Source: Eledone cirrhosa (Eukaryota). From it: a stretch of DNA of 64,000 nucleotides. The stretch spans positions 13,578,001-13,642,000 of the forward strand of contig OZ024742.1 of NCBI GenBank assembly GCA_964016885.1, in the 5' to 3' direction. This document shows positions 30,849-45,034 of the stretch, in pieces (the stretch's first letter is position 1; every line of letters starts with the position of its first letter). A model generated the notes under the pieces. The model did not search any database. It saw only the letters and a list, made by a program, of their open reading frames with translations, and was not told the DNA's origin. A program made the translations under genes and the position numbers.

Positions 30849-32199
30849 TTAGATGTGAGAATCCCGAAAATGAGAGTGGACCCCTTTAAATTATAGATGA
30901 GGGAATCAGGTAAATACATATAGGAGCGGTAATAAAAGTGTACATATATATATCGTACAGTTCTATATACAAAACGGTTTTTTACCCTCCCAGATAGAAG
31001 CGCTCCATCACCACCTTTTCAAAATTGTATGCCATACACAAAACGCCATCATCAACAGTTTTCCAAGAGATGGTAACATCAATGGACCTGTTATTTTTCT
31101 ATAAAATTGTTTTTCCATTTCCACCCTGCCTGTCTCCTAGATCTTTCTATTTCTTCTTTAATTTCTCATTCTATCTTCTGATGAAGGACTTGCTCCCGAA
31201 ATAATAACAATATTTTCCTACTATATCAAACGTAAAACTAATAATGTATTTCTTCGTTGTACTGTGTCGCTTGCTGTGTTCTTTCTATTTGCTTTTGCAT
31301 ATGTGTGTGTGGTTATGTCCGTTTCTGTTTGTTTGCGCACAGGTGAATGTGTGAGTGTGGGGGGGGGGGGGGGAGGTTTTAATAAAAACCTGGTCCAAAA
31401 TATAAAAAATATCCAACAGATTAGAACACTCACCCCTTTAATTGTGATATGCAATTAAATGAGATTACTACAACGATTGTATAACGAGAATACGCACGTT
31501 TCGTTAGCGTGTTATATCACGCCAACTTTATAATTTGCCAAGATATGATGAATTAACGTCCGGTTCATCTCCTTATGTAAGAGAGTTCTAATGGAGATAA
31601 TTCTAGCATAATTTAATAAAGGAAGGTAACATGTTCATAGAATATACAGCTTTTTAACCCTTTTAAAGTAAACGTTTCATAATGTCTATGATAATATGTG
31701 AAATACACGAATGTTATTCCCAAGTAAATCTTCCTTTTCTGAAAACACTTTAAACAATGTCTATCCATTCTCAAACATAGCTCAGTTTTCTAAACCATAA
31801 TTATTTCTACTTATCTATTTTATATGTAATTAATACTCGCAATGGGTTCTGAAACCCTTCAGCAACTCTCACGACCGGTAAATGCGCCCTAGTAAACGCA
31901 TTTAATATACACTCTAATAAAACAGCTGTATTCAAGCTTAGAATCCAACCTTCAATCATTCTGTCTGTTTCTGGTGAATTTTAAATTCCAGAAATATTAC
32001 TTCGTTAACCTGCAATATGGACTGCGATGGTCAGATTTTAACAACCGTCATTAAACTAGAATTTTGCTGCACATAAAAATTAAGTGTTCTCCTAACAAGA
32101 CAATGAGAATAGCAATTCTCAAATGCACAAATGAAACATGTCATTACACACTCACACATGCATGTATGTTAGAATGTATATCAATGCATCTCCCCCTCC

Positions 32200-32480
32200 A
32201 TCTCTCTGTCTCAAACATACACACATTCTCTCTCTCTGTCAAACATACACACATTCTCTCTCTCTGTCAAACATACACACATTCTCTCTCTCTCACTTAC
32301 ACATACATACATATTCTTTCTTTCTCTCTCTCACTCTTACACATACATACATATTATTTCTTTCGCTTTCTCTCTCTCTCTGTCAAACATACAAACATTC
32401 TCTCTCTCTCTCACTTACACATACATACATATTCTTTCTTTCTTTCTCTCTCCTTCTCTCTCTATATATACATACATACA
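32200..32480. repeat. Degenerate CT/CA-rich minisatellite
   Basis: Recurring CTCTGTCAAACATACACACATT and CACTTACACATACATACATATT units. Confidence 0.8.
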
Positions 32481-33666
32481 TGCGAATGTGTGTGCATGTG
32501 TCTGTATGTGTATGTATATGTATGTCTATATGTCTATATGTTTATGTGTGTGTGTGTCAGTCAGTATACATGATTCTAACATAAATCCAAGTACAGTTGT
32601 GATCCAGCATGCTATTCCCTGTGGCATCTTTATTTTATATACTTCATCATGAAACATTTGTCAAAGATTTGCAGCTGGATCTTGTTCTCATAATTCAATC
32701 ATCAATGCTTTCAAAACACTAAAACAGCCCTTACATCGATTACACAATGTCTTAATATATTAAAATCATTTATAGCAATAATAACCTCCAAAAGTTTTAT
32801 GTCTCCTCCTAAAATTTAAACTTATTTAAAGACTATGATATTCGCCAGTTTTTCTTTTATTTTATTCATTTAAGGTCCTGATAATGCTGGAACTCTTTCA
32901 GGTGATTATATCGAATCGAACCCATGTAATTTTTAGTACTTATTTTGTCGGTCTCGTAAGAAACCGAGTCACACACACACACACACACAACTAGGGCTGA
33001 CATGGGAATCAAATGCCTACACCAGCAACATCATAAACAATATTAAGTTAAAGTCTGACGTTTATATGAACGAAATAGCTCAATATGTTTGTCGAGCAAG
33101 ATAATCCAGTAGTTTTCTATATAAAGGCCTAAATTGTTGGGATAAATCTTCTTGCATAAAATAGTTTTGGTTGTTATATCTAGCAGGTCAGACAGCACCA
33201 GACATTCCCTCGAATTAAGTGATATATTGTTGGGTACATAATATATAACGCTATAGAGTACACTTCTATGTTATTAGATTTAATCTAAGACTGCACCTGG
33301 CAGTTCTCATAGAGACATAGAAATAGTAGTATGTTGTTTATTATTTTGAGAGCGTGTGCTCATATTAATGTTATACTTCTCAAATAATTGAGTCACGTGC
33401 CCGTGAGATAATTTTAACAGCAGCTAAATATTTATATAATGGCTGTGTTTTACACATTATTTCATGGAGGAAGAGGACAAAATTTTGGAAAGCATTGTTA
33501 AAGAATTCCATCCAATAACGTCTGCAGCTTTTACAAGAGGCTGCTACAAGAATGGTATGCTTTATTTATATAAAATATTACACAAAATGTAAAGTTATTG
33601 TAGAAATAGTAATGTTAATGGATTATTACAAGAATAAAGAGGGAGACCTTATACTTATGCTTCAGT

Positions 33667-33734
<68 letters not shown>

Positions 33735-34294
33735 ACAGAGAGAACACTGACGAAATGAAAGCATATTAAGAAGTATGTTTAAACAATTATCAATCTGAAT
33801 TGTTTGAAAACGACAATTGAAACACAATGGATTATGTGTAGCATAAAAACATAAATATCATTTCTTATAAACAATACATTAGGAATACAACAATATTTAG
33901 AAATTATATTGTTTCTCAATAAGAAACAATATATGTTAATTTTTATATAACGAAACAAATGAGGTAAGGGAAAATAAACATTCTATTCTCGAAGAAAGGT
34001 TTCCTCTGTACAATCCATGAGATATGATGAGGTTTTGTTCTTTTGATACACATGCTTACAGCGCCGGTTTCAATAAGTCTTCTGTAATTAGATTCTCAAA
34101 CATTCATCACGGTTCCTTCTGACATTTTTCCCGTAACTCTTGAGGATGTCGTAGGGGCACCATATTGATACGCAGCGTTCTTAGGACACGTTTAAAACCA
34201 CACACATCCCACCTCCTTTCCAGATTTCTTTCACAGAAATATAACCAGTGTGAGAAAATGGCAGTGATAAAGAGACATAAAAGAAGAATCGTTC

Positions 34295-34438
34295 CCAGCA
34301 CTAGACTGGTACTTTTATTGATCTGAATGGATAAAAGGTAAAGCTGACATCGGTGGGATTTTATTTGAGATTAGAGAGCCCAAACTAATACCGTAAAGCC
34401 TTCTATCCGACTTTCTATTTATTCTGCCAATTCGCTGC
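34295..34438 (-). mobile_element. tRNA-derived SINE, degenerate
   Basis: CTGGTACTTTTATTGATC...AAAGGTAAAGCTGACATCGGTGGGATT...ATTCTGCCAATTCGC. Confidence 0.55.
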
Positions 34439-34479
34439 TTTCATTAATATGGTTAAAACAAACTGGTTATATTGCAAAC

Positions 34480-35390
34480 ACGAAAGTTTGTAGACAGGTA
34501 AAAGTTTCAGTAATTTTCGATGATTTATCTGACAATATTTTAACACATTTCTCAAGTATACACATTTCCCACCAATCAGTTGCATCTTAATGTTATCCAA
34601 AAAGTTTTCAATCTTTCCAACTTGAGTTTCTCAATAGTCTCGCTGTCGGCGCATTAATGAATTTTGAATTTCTTCAAACGAATAGAACTCGATTAGGCTT
34701 AAATATAATTGTTTAAATGTTGACTCAATGAGACTCAGTGATTTCTTTTGAACGCTTTGAAGATCAGTAATGTTTTCTATTTTTTAAAAATAGTTTAGAG
34801 AATAATTAAAAGTATGATGCTAACATCTCGTTGAAATATGTTTAGTTTGATTTGAAAGATGTTATATTATCAAATAGAACAGCAAGTGTTTCAGCAGATC
34901 ACTGTGAATTGCAATTGAAATAATTCAAATGTAAAGAGAAACCTGTGATGTAAAATATAATCCAGATATCTAGTCAACGCCAGAAAACTCTTCACAAGAA
35001 AAATTATGATTTTTCAAAGACAGAGGAATTCCATCCAAATACTAAAATATTTGATAGCGAGAATCACTTCTACTCCAACGAACATTATTTTATATAAGGA
35101 GTCTTGTGTACAACGATTACACTTCTGTCACTAAATTCCAAAATTGTGCTGGTGTATTTTGTTTTGCTTTTCTATTAACACACGGAGAAAAAATAGTAAC
35201 AATCTTGGTTATAATTATAATATCTTCAATTTCCATAAGTCCAACTTTTGTAATAAGACCTATGTATAATTGTGTATTCCCAATATATCTTCGAGTCATA
35301 TAAATCCCACCAATCTACCAGTAATGTTGAACGCACTTTCAGTTGTCATAGAAACAATTTTTGAACGGTCAATCTGTCGATTGCAGAATA
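34480..35390 (-). pseudogene. Highly decayed hAT (Charlie/Buster-type) transposase relic
   Basis: Manual translation of the reverse strand gives, in the expected order, IDRSKIVSMTTESAFNITG (cf. VSITTDGAPxMTG), LLI*NNVRWS (cf. LLxHxxVRWLS), CL*KIIIFL, FSLHLNYFN and MQLI. Confidence 0.5.
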
Positions 35391-35460
35391 TATTTACTAC
35401 AGACATATGTGTTGAGCTGATGTAATGTATCCAGGTCTATCAATATGTCATTATATTTAC

Positions 35461-36036
35461 TGGATTGGTGGCTTGGCAGAGGGTCGGACGCCATGCTTTC
35501 CAGCATAGTTACGTCCCTTTGCGGTCTGAGTTCAAATCCCACCGAGGTTAACTTTGCCTTTCATCCTTACGGGGTCGATAAACTAAAGTACCAGTAATGC
35601 ACTGGGTAATTGATGGCCTTGTGCCAAAAGTAGAAACAATTATATTTACTGGATTGGCAGTATCGGTAGAGGGTCGGACGCCAAGCTTTCCAACATAGTT
35701 ACGTCCCTTTACGATCTGAGTTCAAATCCCGCCGAGGTTGACTTTGCCTTTCATCCTTACGGGGTCGATAAAATAAAGTACCAGTAATATACTGGGTAAT
35801 TTCTGGCTCTGTGCCTAAAGTAGAAACAATTATATTTACATATACATAAAGGGCGGTGGATTGGCAGTATCGGTAGACGGTCGTACGCCATGCTTTGCAG
35901 CAAAGAGCCCTTTATGGTCTGAGTTCAAATCTCGCAGAGGTTAACTTTGCCTTTCATGCTTACGGGATCGATAAAATAAAGTACCAGTAATACACTGGGA
36001 TAATTGCTGGCCTTGTGCCAAAAGTAGAAACAATTA
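35461..36036 (+). mobile_element. Three head-to-tail tRNA-derived SINE copies (Deu/Nin-domain-like)
   Basis: Unit of about 190 bp: GGCAGTATCGGTAGA...GAGTTCAAATCCC..GAGGTTAACTTTGCCTTTCATCCTTACGGGGTCGATAAA...GTACCAG...GTAGAAACAATT. Confidence 0.9.
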
Positions 36037-36464
36037 CATTTACATATACAAGGTGTACATAAGCCTTACACTATACAAAATCTGGCCTCTCAGAAAATGA
36101 ATTAAAGCCTTAGAATTATGTCAACAACTATCAAAGACAATGTTAAATCTAATATTAGTCAAATAATCGGGTGAGCTGCCATTGTGTCATCACATGATTT
36201 GCTGAAAATACCCGGCAAATTTCCTCCAAGTCTCACCACAATTGTAGTCAAACTGGATAATTTAATTTTGAAACAAAACAATTAAAGACGAAGGTGATAA
36301 CCAGCATTGAAGCTTATATTCCCTCAAGTGTGAGCTTAGGTGAGGAATATTTTACAGAAGCTTGAAGGATAAAACACAAAGTTAACTCCAGCGGGATTTG
36401 AACTTAGAATATAAAGTGACGAATTTAAACACCAGGTGGGATTTTATACATTGCTATATACATT

Positions 36465-36885
36465 GCTATGTTGTCTGAACCAGTATGTTATGGTGTCTGA
36501 GCCATTATACTATAATGTCCGAGCCAGTATACTACGAAGTCTGAGCTATTATGTTATAATGTCTGAGCCAGTATACTATGATGTTTGAGCCATTATACTA
36601 TGTCGTCTGAGTCAGTATGTTATGATGTCTGAGCCATTAAGCTATATTGTCTGAGTCAGTATACTATGGTGTCTGAGCCATTATACTATAATGTCTGAGC
36701 CAGTATACTACGATGTCTGAATTATTATGCTATAATGTCTGAGCCAGTATGTTGTGGTGTCTGAGCTATTATGCTATAATATCTAAGTTATTATGCTATA
36801 ATGTCTGAGTGAGTATACTATGATGTCTTAGCCATTATACTATAATGTCTGAGCCAGTATACTATGTCTGAGCTATTATACTACT
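36465..36885. repeat. 22-bp minisatellite (TGTCTGAGCCAGTATACTATAA-like), about 19 copies
   Basis: GTCTGAG recurs every ~22 nt, mostly alternating CAGTAT and CATTAT variants. Confidence 0.9.
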
Positions 36886-37449
36886 ATACATCAACCAATA
36901 TTCTATAATGGAACCATATTCATTACACTTTACTGAGAGATATTAACAATAGCCGAGAATTCCAGGTTTGGGATGTAGATAATATCATTTATAGTGCACA
37001 ATATTTCTTTAGTGAACTCTCATTTAGAGATAAAATAAACATTGGTGATTAGTTAAAGATTTACGCTAATTACATGTTAAAACATTGAAAGAAATAACAT
37101 TAGTTTATAATGCTTTGCTAGATTTTAATACTTCATAGTTTTATATTGTGTTTTACACTTTATATTATCAATAAAAATATAAGATACAAATTGTAGCAAT
37201 AGGATTTTTGTTGTTTTTGTTATTGCAGTTCGTCTCTGATTGCATAGATCTTTATCGAATACTACTTGTCCATATTTTCAGACGTATTATATCTAGAATT
37301 ACAATACCTAACGTGTAATGCATTTCTTTAAGAAGATAAAGAGAGTTGTGAGTGGGATTTAACTGATATTTCTAGCAATTTAGTGACTACTTAGAAGGCA
37401 ACAACCGGGGATGAATCTAAGATAAAACACTTACAAGCAGTCTGTGAAC

Positions 37450-38321
<872 letters not shown>

Positions 38322-38362
38322 ATATATATATATATATATATATGCGCAGGTGTATAAATAAG

Positions 38363-38433
<71 letters not shown>

Positions 38434-39319
38434 CGCATGTTTCTATGTATATGTGTATCTGCGTGTGCACAAAATGACTTCCAAATTGTGTCCATCTACC
38501 CAATTTCACTGTCAAGGTATGGGTTGCTCAGGGGCTTTGGTAAATATCTCGGTGGTATCGAAACCAGGACATAATGATTCTAAAGCAAACGATTTAACCA
38601 TATGGACACCAGTGTTTACAATATCACCATTATATACTTTCGTTCTTCCATATATTATGTGTTGATTGTCTTTAACATTAGAACTTACATTTAGAGATAT
38701 ATTTTATTTCAAATATTTGATCCTTTCTAATTAGTGATAATGAGTCACTTAAGAAGTTTTGTAAAATATTGTATTTAGAAAAGTCAAATGTGGTTTTTAA
38801 ATTGTAAAGCTACATTTGACCGGAAACAGGTGCAATTGACCGGAAGAGCTTCAAATGCGACAACGTGCCGAAATAATTAGAACCCAAGAAAACCTTGGAA
38901 GAGCAACAGTTACTATGTCGATGTTTGTTGTTGTTGTTATTGTTGTCAAAGTTCATTATACAACAAAAGTCTGGATGAAAACCTAGTCAGATGATTTAAA
39001 GGCCAGTAGTATTGAACATTATCTTACAGTCAAAAGGTCTTTTGTTTAATATTCACAGCATTAGTTCCTGCTGTGTACCCTGAGAAGAAGCAGTGGCGGG
39101 CGTGGTAGGAGATAGATATCAGGACCTCCTCGTTCGAGATGAGCTCTCTGTTGGAGAGTTTCTTCTATAGAATCTCATCTACACTGTTTGGATCTTTCTT
39201 TGCAGATCAGTGGACAGGGACCATGACTTATTTGCATATTAGTGTAACTTAAAGGCTTCCAAACAGGTTTTGCCTGCGCAATATCCCTTAAAAGGCTTGA
39301 GCCAACATGAGACCAAAGA

Positions 39320-39605
39320 AAACATCACTTCTTCAAATACCGGTTGCTCTCCGACATGTTTGCGGTTGTACCCTTGGCAGTGGAGACTTCTGGTGTCCTC
39401 GGCGCTAGGGCTACCTCCCTACTCACCACCATAGGCGCTGAGCTGGCCAGCCGCAGATGTGAGCCTCGCGAGCTGGAATGGCTTTTCCACCGCATCTCCC
39501 TTGCTGTCCTCCGGGGAAACGCCTTCTCCATTCTGACCGTCGGGGCTGTGGGGAGGTCACCAATATGATTGACTAACTTGTCATTTCATCAGTCAGTTGT
39601 TCCAA
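39320..39605 (+). mobile_element. CRE-clade non-LTR retrotransposon 3' fragment (restriction-like endonuclease)
   Basis: KYRLLSDMFAVVPLAVETSGVLG...WLFHRISLAVLRGNA. Confidence 0.85.
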
Positions 39606-39671
39606 TAATTATATATATATATATATATATATATACGTTCATATATATATATATACGTTCATATATATATA

Positions 39672-40000
39672 TTTCCGAGGCCATAGTATCTAGAATAAGG
39701 ACGGGTTGGAAGATGTTTAGAGAGCTGCTTCCTCTGCTGACGAAGAAGGGTTTCTCCCTGCGTACGAAAGGCCGGTTATATGATGCCTGTGTGAGGAGCG
39801 CGATGCTGCATGGTAGTGAGACATGGGCAGCAACTGCAGAGGATATGCGACGGCTGGAGAGAAAGGAGGCAAGCATGCTCCGTTGGATGTGCAGTGTCAA
39901 TGTGCGTGAACGACCCAGCATGAATGTGTTCAGAGAGAAACTGTGTCTGAGAGGGATAGAATGTAGTGTGCGAGAGAGGAGACTGAGGTGGTATGGATAT
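39672..40000 (+). mobile_element. RTE-clade LINE fragment (post-RT region)
   Basis: RIRTGWKMFRELLPLL..KGRLYDACVRSAMLHGSETW..RLRWYG. Confidence 0.85.
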
Positions 40001-40005
40001 ATATG

Positions 40006-40072
40006 GATCTTGTAACCCGGAGGATTACCCATCTGCATCGTTGAGGCTTCCAAAACGGCCTAAAGAAAATAT

Positions 40073-40108
<36 letters not shown>

Positions 40109-40177
40109 ATATTTTCTTTAGGTCGCTTTGGAAGCCTCAACAATGCAGATGGGTAATTCTCCGGGTTACAAGATCCG
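40006..40177. repeat. Imperfect palindrome centred on a (TA)n tract
   Basis: GGATCTTGTAACCCGGAG...CCTAAAGAAAATATATCA mirrored by TGATATATTTTCTTTAGG...CTCCGGGTTACAAGATCC. Confidence 0.9.
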
Positions 40178-40647
40178 GTGGTGAAGAGAGAGAGATGTAA
40201 GTGAATGTAGAATGAGATGTATAGTGTGTAGAAGAACGTAGGAAAGAGCGTAAAAAATAAAAGTTACCTTGGGAGAGATTTATTTGTTTAGGTTTTGCCT
40301 TGAAATCAATTAGTTTTAACACAATATACATATACTTGTCTAAGAGGGCATGTCGTGGGATCGATCCACCTTTCAAAGGTTCCGAAGCGAACGTTTTAAC
40401 CAATGGGCGATGCATAGAAATAAGACGTTGTATATAATCTCAGCAGCTTCTACATTGTTCAATAGAACGTATTTTCAGAACTAAGTTAAATCCTTTCCCA
40501 AGGACATTCAATGTGTACAACACCACAATCTGCTTATGACTGTAATTTGACAACAAATACTCGGGGATTAGCTAGTCTACAATAATTTCTAATTAGTATA
40601 ACAGCTGCGTATGATTTCAACTTGGCCACAAAGATATTACTATATAC

Positions 40648-40673
40648 ATACATTGTTTATATATATATATATA

Positions 40674-40714
<41 letters not shown>

Positions 40715-40758
40715 AGTGTGTGTGTGTGTGTATGTATGTATGAATGTATATATTTGTT

Positions 40759-40806
<48 letters not shown>

Positions 40807-40884
40807 CGCGCCGTGTGTGCGTGTGTATAATTAATATATATATATATATATATATATTAATTATACACACGCACACACGGCGCG

Positions 40885-40926
<42 letters not shown>

Positions 40927-40970
40927 AACAAATATATACATTCATACATACATACACACACACACACACT

Positions 40971-41004
<34 letters not shown>

Positions 41005-41029
41005 CTGTATATATATATATATATAAACA

Positions 41030-41034
<5 letters not shown>
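40648..41034. repeat. Near-perfect fold-back palindrome of microsatellite-rich DNA
   Basis: ATACATTGTTTA...GCGCGCCGTGTGTGCGTG mirrored by CACGCACACACGGCGCGC...TAAACAATGTAT. The centre is near 40845 in (TA)n. Confidence 0.9.
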
Positions 41035-41077
<43 letters not shown>

Positions 41078-41116
41078 GATATTAACAAATGGAAACTATA
41101 TTTATAAAACCATATT

Positions 41117-41181
41117 TATTTCATTATACATATTTCAAGGATACCAAGTTAAATCATGGTATGCCTTCACCAGACAAAATA
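41117..41181 (-). ncRNA. Degenerate hammerhead motif (F1; core CTGGTGA)
   Basis: Homologous to 13393-13458. Confidence 0.5.
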
Positions 41182-41527
41182 CAATATATATCAGTTTTAC
41201 AAATAAGCATTGACGTACCCTTTCAAAATGCAACCATTACTTTTGGAGGACATCAGGATAGTGGTTTGTTTATATTATTTTAGTAAGTCGTAGTATATAT
41301 ATATATATATGTATTTTAATTATGTCTCATATAAAATAATACAACTGGCTATCCGCAAAATACATATAGTTAGCACCCCAAACGTAAAATTGGGATTATA
41401 CTAAAGTATATCCTAATGTTTGTTGAGTGAGATGGAAGCCAGTCAGAGTATTGCTTAAAGCTTTCTCTGTTAATGTATTAAATATATTAATATATATATA
41501 TATATATTAATATATATATATATATAA

Positions 41528-41605
<78 letters not shown>

Positions 41606-41849
41606 TATATATAAGACGTTGTATATAATCTCAGCAGCTTTGTATATAATCTCAGCGATAAGTGGAGTGTTATATACCCCTGATCCTCTCCCTAATATAC
41701 TATATTAATATATATATATATTAATATATATATATATATTAATTGAGGGCGTCCGGCAAAGGTGGAAGATGCTGGATGGCGGTCGTCCTCCGGTCTTTGA
41801 TTTTCAGCCCCATGGATTTTATCTATTGCATTCACTTATTATATTTCGA

Positions 41850-41907
41850 ATACCTGATGATATCACCGGATTCATACGGAACCCGGTCATTGAAATGATC
41901 ATGGTAT
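41850..41907 (+). ncRNA. Hammerhead-like motif with G at the cleavage position (F4)
   Basis: ATAC-CTGATGA-TATCACCGGATTC...GAACCCGGTCATT-GAAA-TGATCA-TG-GTAT. It lies in a repeat at about 41780-41958 whose inverted homologue is at about 44928-45103. Confidence 0.5.
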
Positions 41908-41961
41908 AATAAACCATTCAAGGATTTACACAAGTCCAGCCTCCTGTCATTTCATTATTTT

Positions 41962-42138
41962 GGCAGTATCGGTGGAGGGTCGGACGCCATGCTTTCCAGC
42001 ATAGTTACGTCTCTTTACGATCTTAGTTCAAATCGCGCCGAGGTTGACTTTGCCTTTCATCCTTACGGGGTCGATAAAATAAAGTACCAGTAATGCACTG
42101 GGTAATTGCTGGCCTTGTGCCTAAAGTAGAAACAATTA
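41962..42138 (+). mobile_element. tRNA-derived SINE, same subfamily as 35461-36036
   Basis: Near-identical head, central domain and tail. Confidence 0.9.
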
Positions 42139-42706
42139 TTATATATATATATTGTTATATTTGAGGAGGGTCATATTTGTGTAATATTGCCAGAATTAAT
42201 AACAGAACACACTCACTGTTTGGTTGGTTTTCGCTTCTGTGTCTTTTATATCAGTTAATATAATTTATACGGTCCTCAATGTTACCATTCACTGACCAAC
42301 GGTAAAAAATACAGATACAATATAGACACAAACGCATATATATAGTCTAAGAAGGTTCTTTCGTTGCATATATATATACATAAGCAAAGGGATATTTAAT
42401 TTGTTGGTAATTCAACAAATATATATATATTTATAACTGATTCGAAGCACTCGACAGTATTTATTTATTTCTTTTCTTCTTCCTATACATGCATATATAT
42501 ATCCTAATAATTATTTAAATCTACCTAGCGTCTAAAAATAACGTTTTTTCAGCCCTATGCCTCAACCTCATTTGCATATTCATCTTTATAATTTGAAATA
42601 TTTGTTTTTTCCTCTCTACGCCCCTTTTTCCTTTTACTATCCAGGTAAAACTTGAACCATTAAGGTCTCATTCCTGGATATGTCAATATTTATAAAACAA
42701 ACTGTG

Positions 42707-42767
42707 TATTTTATCTGATGAGAGCGTACCAAAGTGTTGGTGCCATTGAAATATATATAATAGAATA
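42707..42767 (+). ncRNA. Type I hammerhead motif (F1)
   Basis: TATTTTAT-CTGATGA-GAGCGTACCA...TGGTGCCATT-GAAA-TATATA-TA-ATAGAATA. Confidence 0.65.
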
Positions 42768-42801
42768 AATATGGTTTTATAAATATAGTTATTAATATCT
42801 T

Positions 42802-42841
<40 letters not shown>

Positions 42842-42976
42842 AGTACTCTGATGCGTTATGGTCCATCTGGTTCCTTACCACAATTCCTGTGTTATATATA
42901 TATATATATATATGTCCCAAGGCTCTGATACCATCAACACTATAAACACAGAGCTGGCATATCTAAGAACTGACTA

Positions 42977-43032
42977 ACTGCCTGATGAGGTCATAGCCAT
43001 TCAATGGCTATCATCGAAATATATATAGCAGT
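42977..43032 (+). ncRNA. Type I hammerhead ribozyme motif (F2), intact
   Basis: ACTGC-CTGATGA-GGTCATAGCCAT(TCA)ATGGCTATCATC-GAAA-TATATA-TA-GCAGT. Confidence 0.85.
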
Positions 43033-43097
43033 AAATAAAGGATTATGAGTTCATGCAATTGACACATTAATTCATGTATGAGATGAAAGAATGGTAC

Positions 43098-43790
43098 TTA
43101 ATTAATGTAATGTACGCGATGGGGCCCACCCACAGCCCCGGCGGACAGAATTGAGAAGGCGTTTCCCCGGAGGACGGCAAGGGAGACGCGCTGGAAAAGC
43201 CAGTCCAACTCGCGGGGTTCAAACCGACGGCTGGCCAGCTCAACGCCTATGGTTGTGAGTAAGGAAGTAGCCCTGGGGCCGAGGACACCAGAAGTTTCCA
43301 GTGCGAGGGGAACGACCGCAACCCTGTCGGAGAGCGACCGGTATTTGAGGAGTTTGTCCCCCTCACCCCGACGTGCAGCAGAACCTGGGTCAGTCGCAGC
43401 CTGCACCAGGTTGCGGCTGCAGAAAGTGTCGGTGAATGTGGCATCCCAACCAGGGGTTTGCCACCGCGGAACGGGAAGATGGTCATGCCATCTGGCCTTT
43501 TCCCGTCCTCTCGATCCAGCCCCACCGGCTCGAGCTGGGAAGGGAAGCCTGCAGCGTCCAAGCCATGCTTAATGACCTCGTTGAGGGCAGTATGGCGTGG
43601 AATGCGGCCGGCAGTGTGGCGACAGGAAAGCGGGTGGAGGCCGAAAGAGTCCATGGTTGTCTAGCTGCGTGCCAGTGGAGAAGGAGGGCAGAGCATGGAG
43701 CCAGGCACCACTGTGGGGTTTGGAGGCCGCACGAAAATAAGCAAGGCGGTGCTGGTCGAGCTGGCGCGTGACCCTCTCTGAGGCCTATGT
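43098..43790 (-). mobile_element. CRE-clade non-LTR retrotransposon 3' fragment, frameshifted
   Basis: GLHPLSC..RH..LNEVI..EPVGLDREDGKRPDGMTIFPF, then K..KY..VPLALETSG..FQRVSLAVLRGNA. Confidence 0.9.
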
Positions 43791-43794
43791 TTCG

Positions 43795-43867
<73 letters not shown>

Positions 43868-44067
43868 CGTACATTATATTTGTGTGTGAGTGTATGTATG
43901 AATGTACGTATGTATTTATGGATATAGGTGTATATATATGTATATATGTATATATACATGTGTTTTATCTATTTATATATCCGCCTGACTGGCTCTCTGG
44001 ACATGCTTTACTCTCTCTCTCTCTTTCTCTCTCTCTCCCTCTCTTTCTCTCTCTTTCTCTCTCTCTC

Positions 44068-44068
44068 T

Positions 44069-44112
<44 letters not shown>

Positions 44113-44923
44113 CTGAGGATGTCCGTCTGTGTGTGTGTGTGTGTATTACACATGTAATACTTATGTTACAGGGAGTGTTCTGAGCAAAAGAACTTTCAAA
44201 TTTTCAATGCATTAGGCGATTTAACGATCTCTCTCTATAATTCTTAGTCTGTCTCTTTTTAGATAGATACATACATATAACGTCGTGCCCTTATAATATC
44301 TGTTTGTATGTCTGGCTGTCTGATTCGGGTTATTTACTTTACATATTGTCCAGGCATACAGTTTTTCCACGACTAGATCTGTTGGCGGCCCGCGTTATGT
44401 TTCAGGGAGTGTTATGCACATAAAAAATTCAACTTTTTGATCCCCTAGGGCCCGCATTAGGTGAAAAACTGCGTTTTTCAGCTTTTTAGGGGTATTTTGA
44501 GGCGTTACGTCAGACCGATTTCCTTGAAATTGTAACTATGTATTAGTCAGTCTCTTCTTCATACCGCAAGCAAAGAAAATCCAACTTTTTATGGCCTAAG
44601 GCCCGCATTAGGTGAAAAACTTCATTTGTTTAGCCTTTTAGGGCTTTTTGGAGGCGTTACCTCTAGCCGATTTTTCCAAAATTTCAAGGCATATTATGCA
44701 CATTAAAAAAATGTATTTTCTTGATCCCCTATGGCCCGCATTAGGTGAAAACCTGCATTTTTCCTGCTTCATCGAGGAACATTTTAAGATTATCCCGCCA
44801 TCAGAGTATTCGGTTTATTTTCTTTACATATTGTCAAGGCATGCAGTTTTTCCACGATTAGGTCTGTTGGCGGCCCGCGTTCCAAAATACCTTATCCCGT
44901 GCAACGCCGGGTACCACTACTAG
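44068..44923 (+). mobile_element. Non-autonomous Helitron-like element
   Basis: 3' hairpin CCCGTGCAACGCCGGG (44896-44911) followed by CTAG|T (44920-44924). The 5' end is a (TA)n..GTCCGTCTGTGTG head. Internal repeats: GGCCCGCATTAGGTGAAAA three times and a ~58-bp unit twice. Confidence 0.75.
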
Positions 44924-44976
44924 TATATTATGAAATAACAGGAGGCTGGACTGGTGTAATTCCTTAAAGGTTTGTT

Positions 44977-45034
44977 ATACCATGATCATTTCAGTGACCG
45001 GGTTCAGTATGAATACTGTGACATCATCAGGTAT
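44977..45034 (-). ncRNA. Hammerhead-like motif with G at the cleavage position (F4)
   Basis: Reverse complement: ATAC-CTGATGA-TGTCACAGTATTCA...TGAACCCGGTCACT-GAAA-TGATCA-TG-GTAT. Confidence 0.5.

Noticed and set aside
33421-33560. Possible host exon (MEEEDKILESIVKEFHPITSAAFTRGCYKN followed by GTATGC donor)
   Set aside because: Short, no recognisable homology and no partner exons. RNA-seq would be needed.
40346-40415. tRNA-like sequence on the minus strand
   Set aside because: The cloverleaf stems do not close. More likely a decayed SINE head than a tRNA gene.
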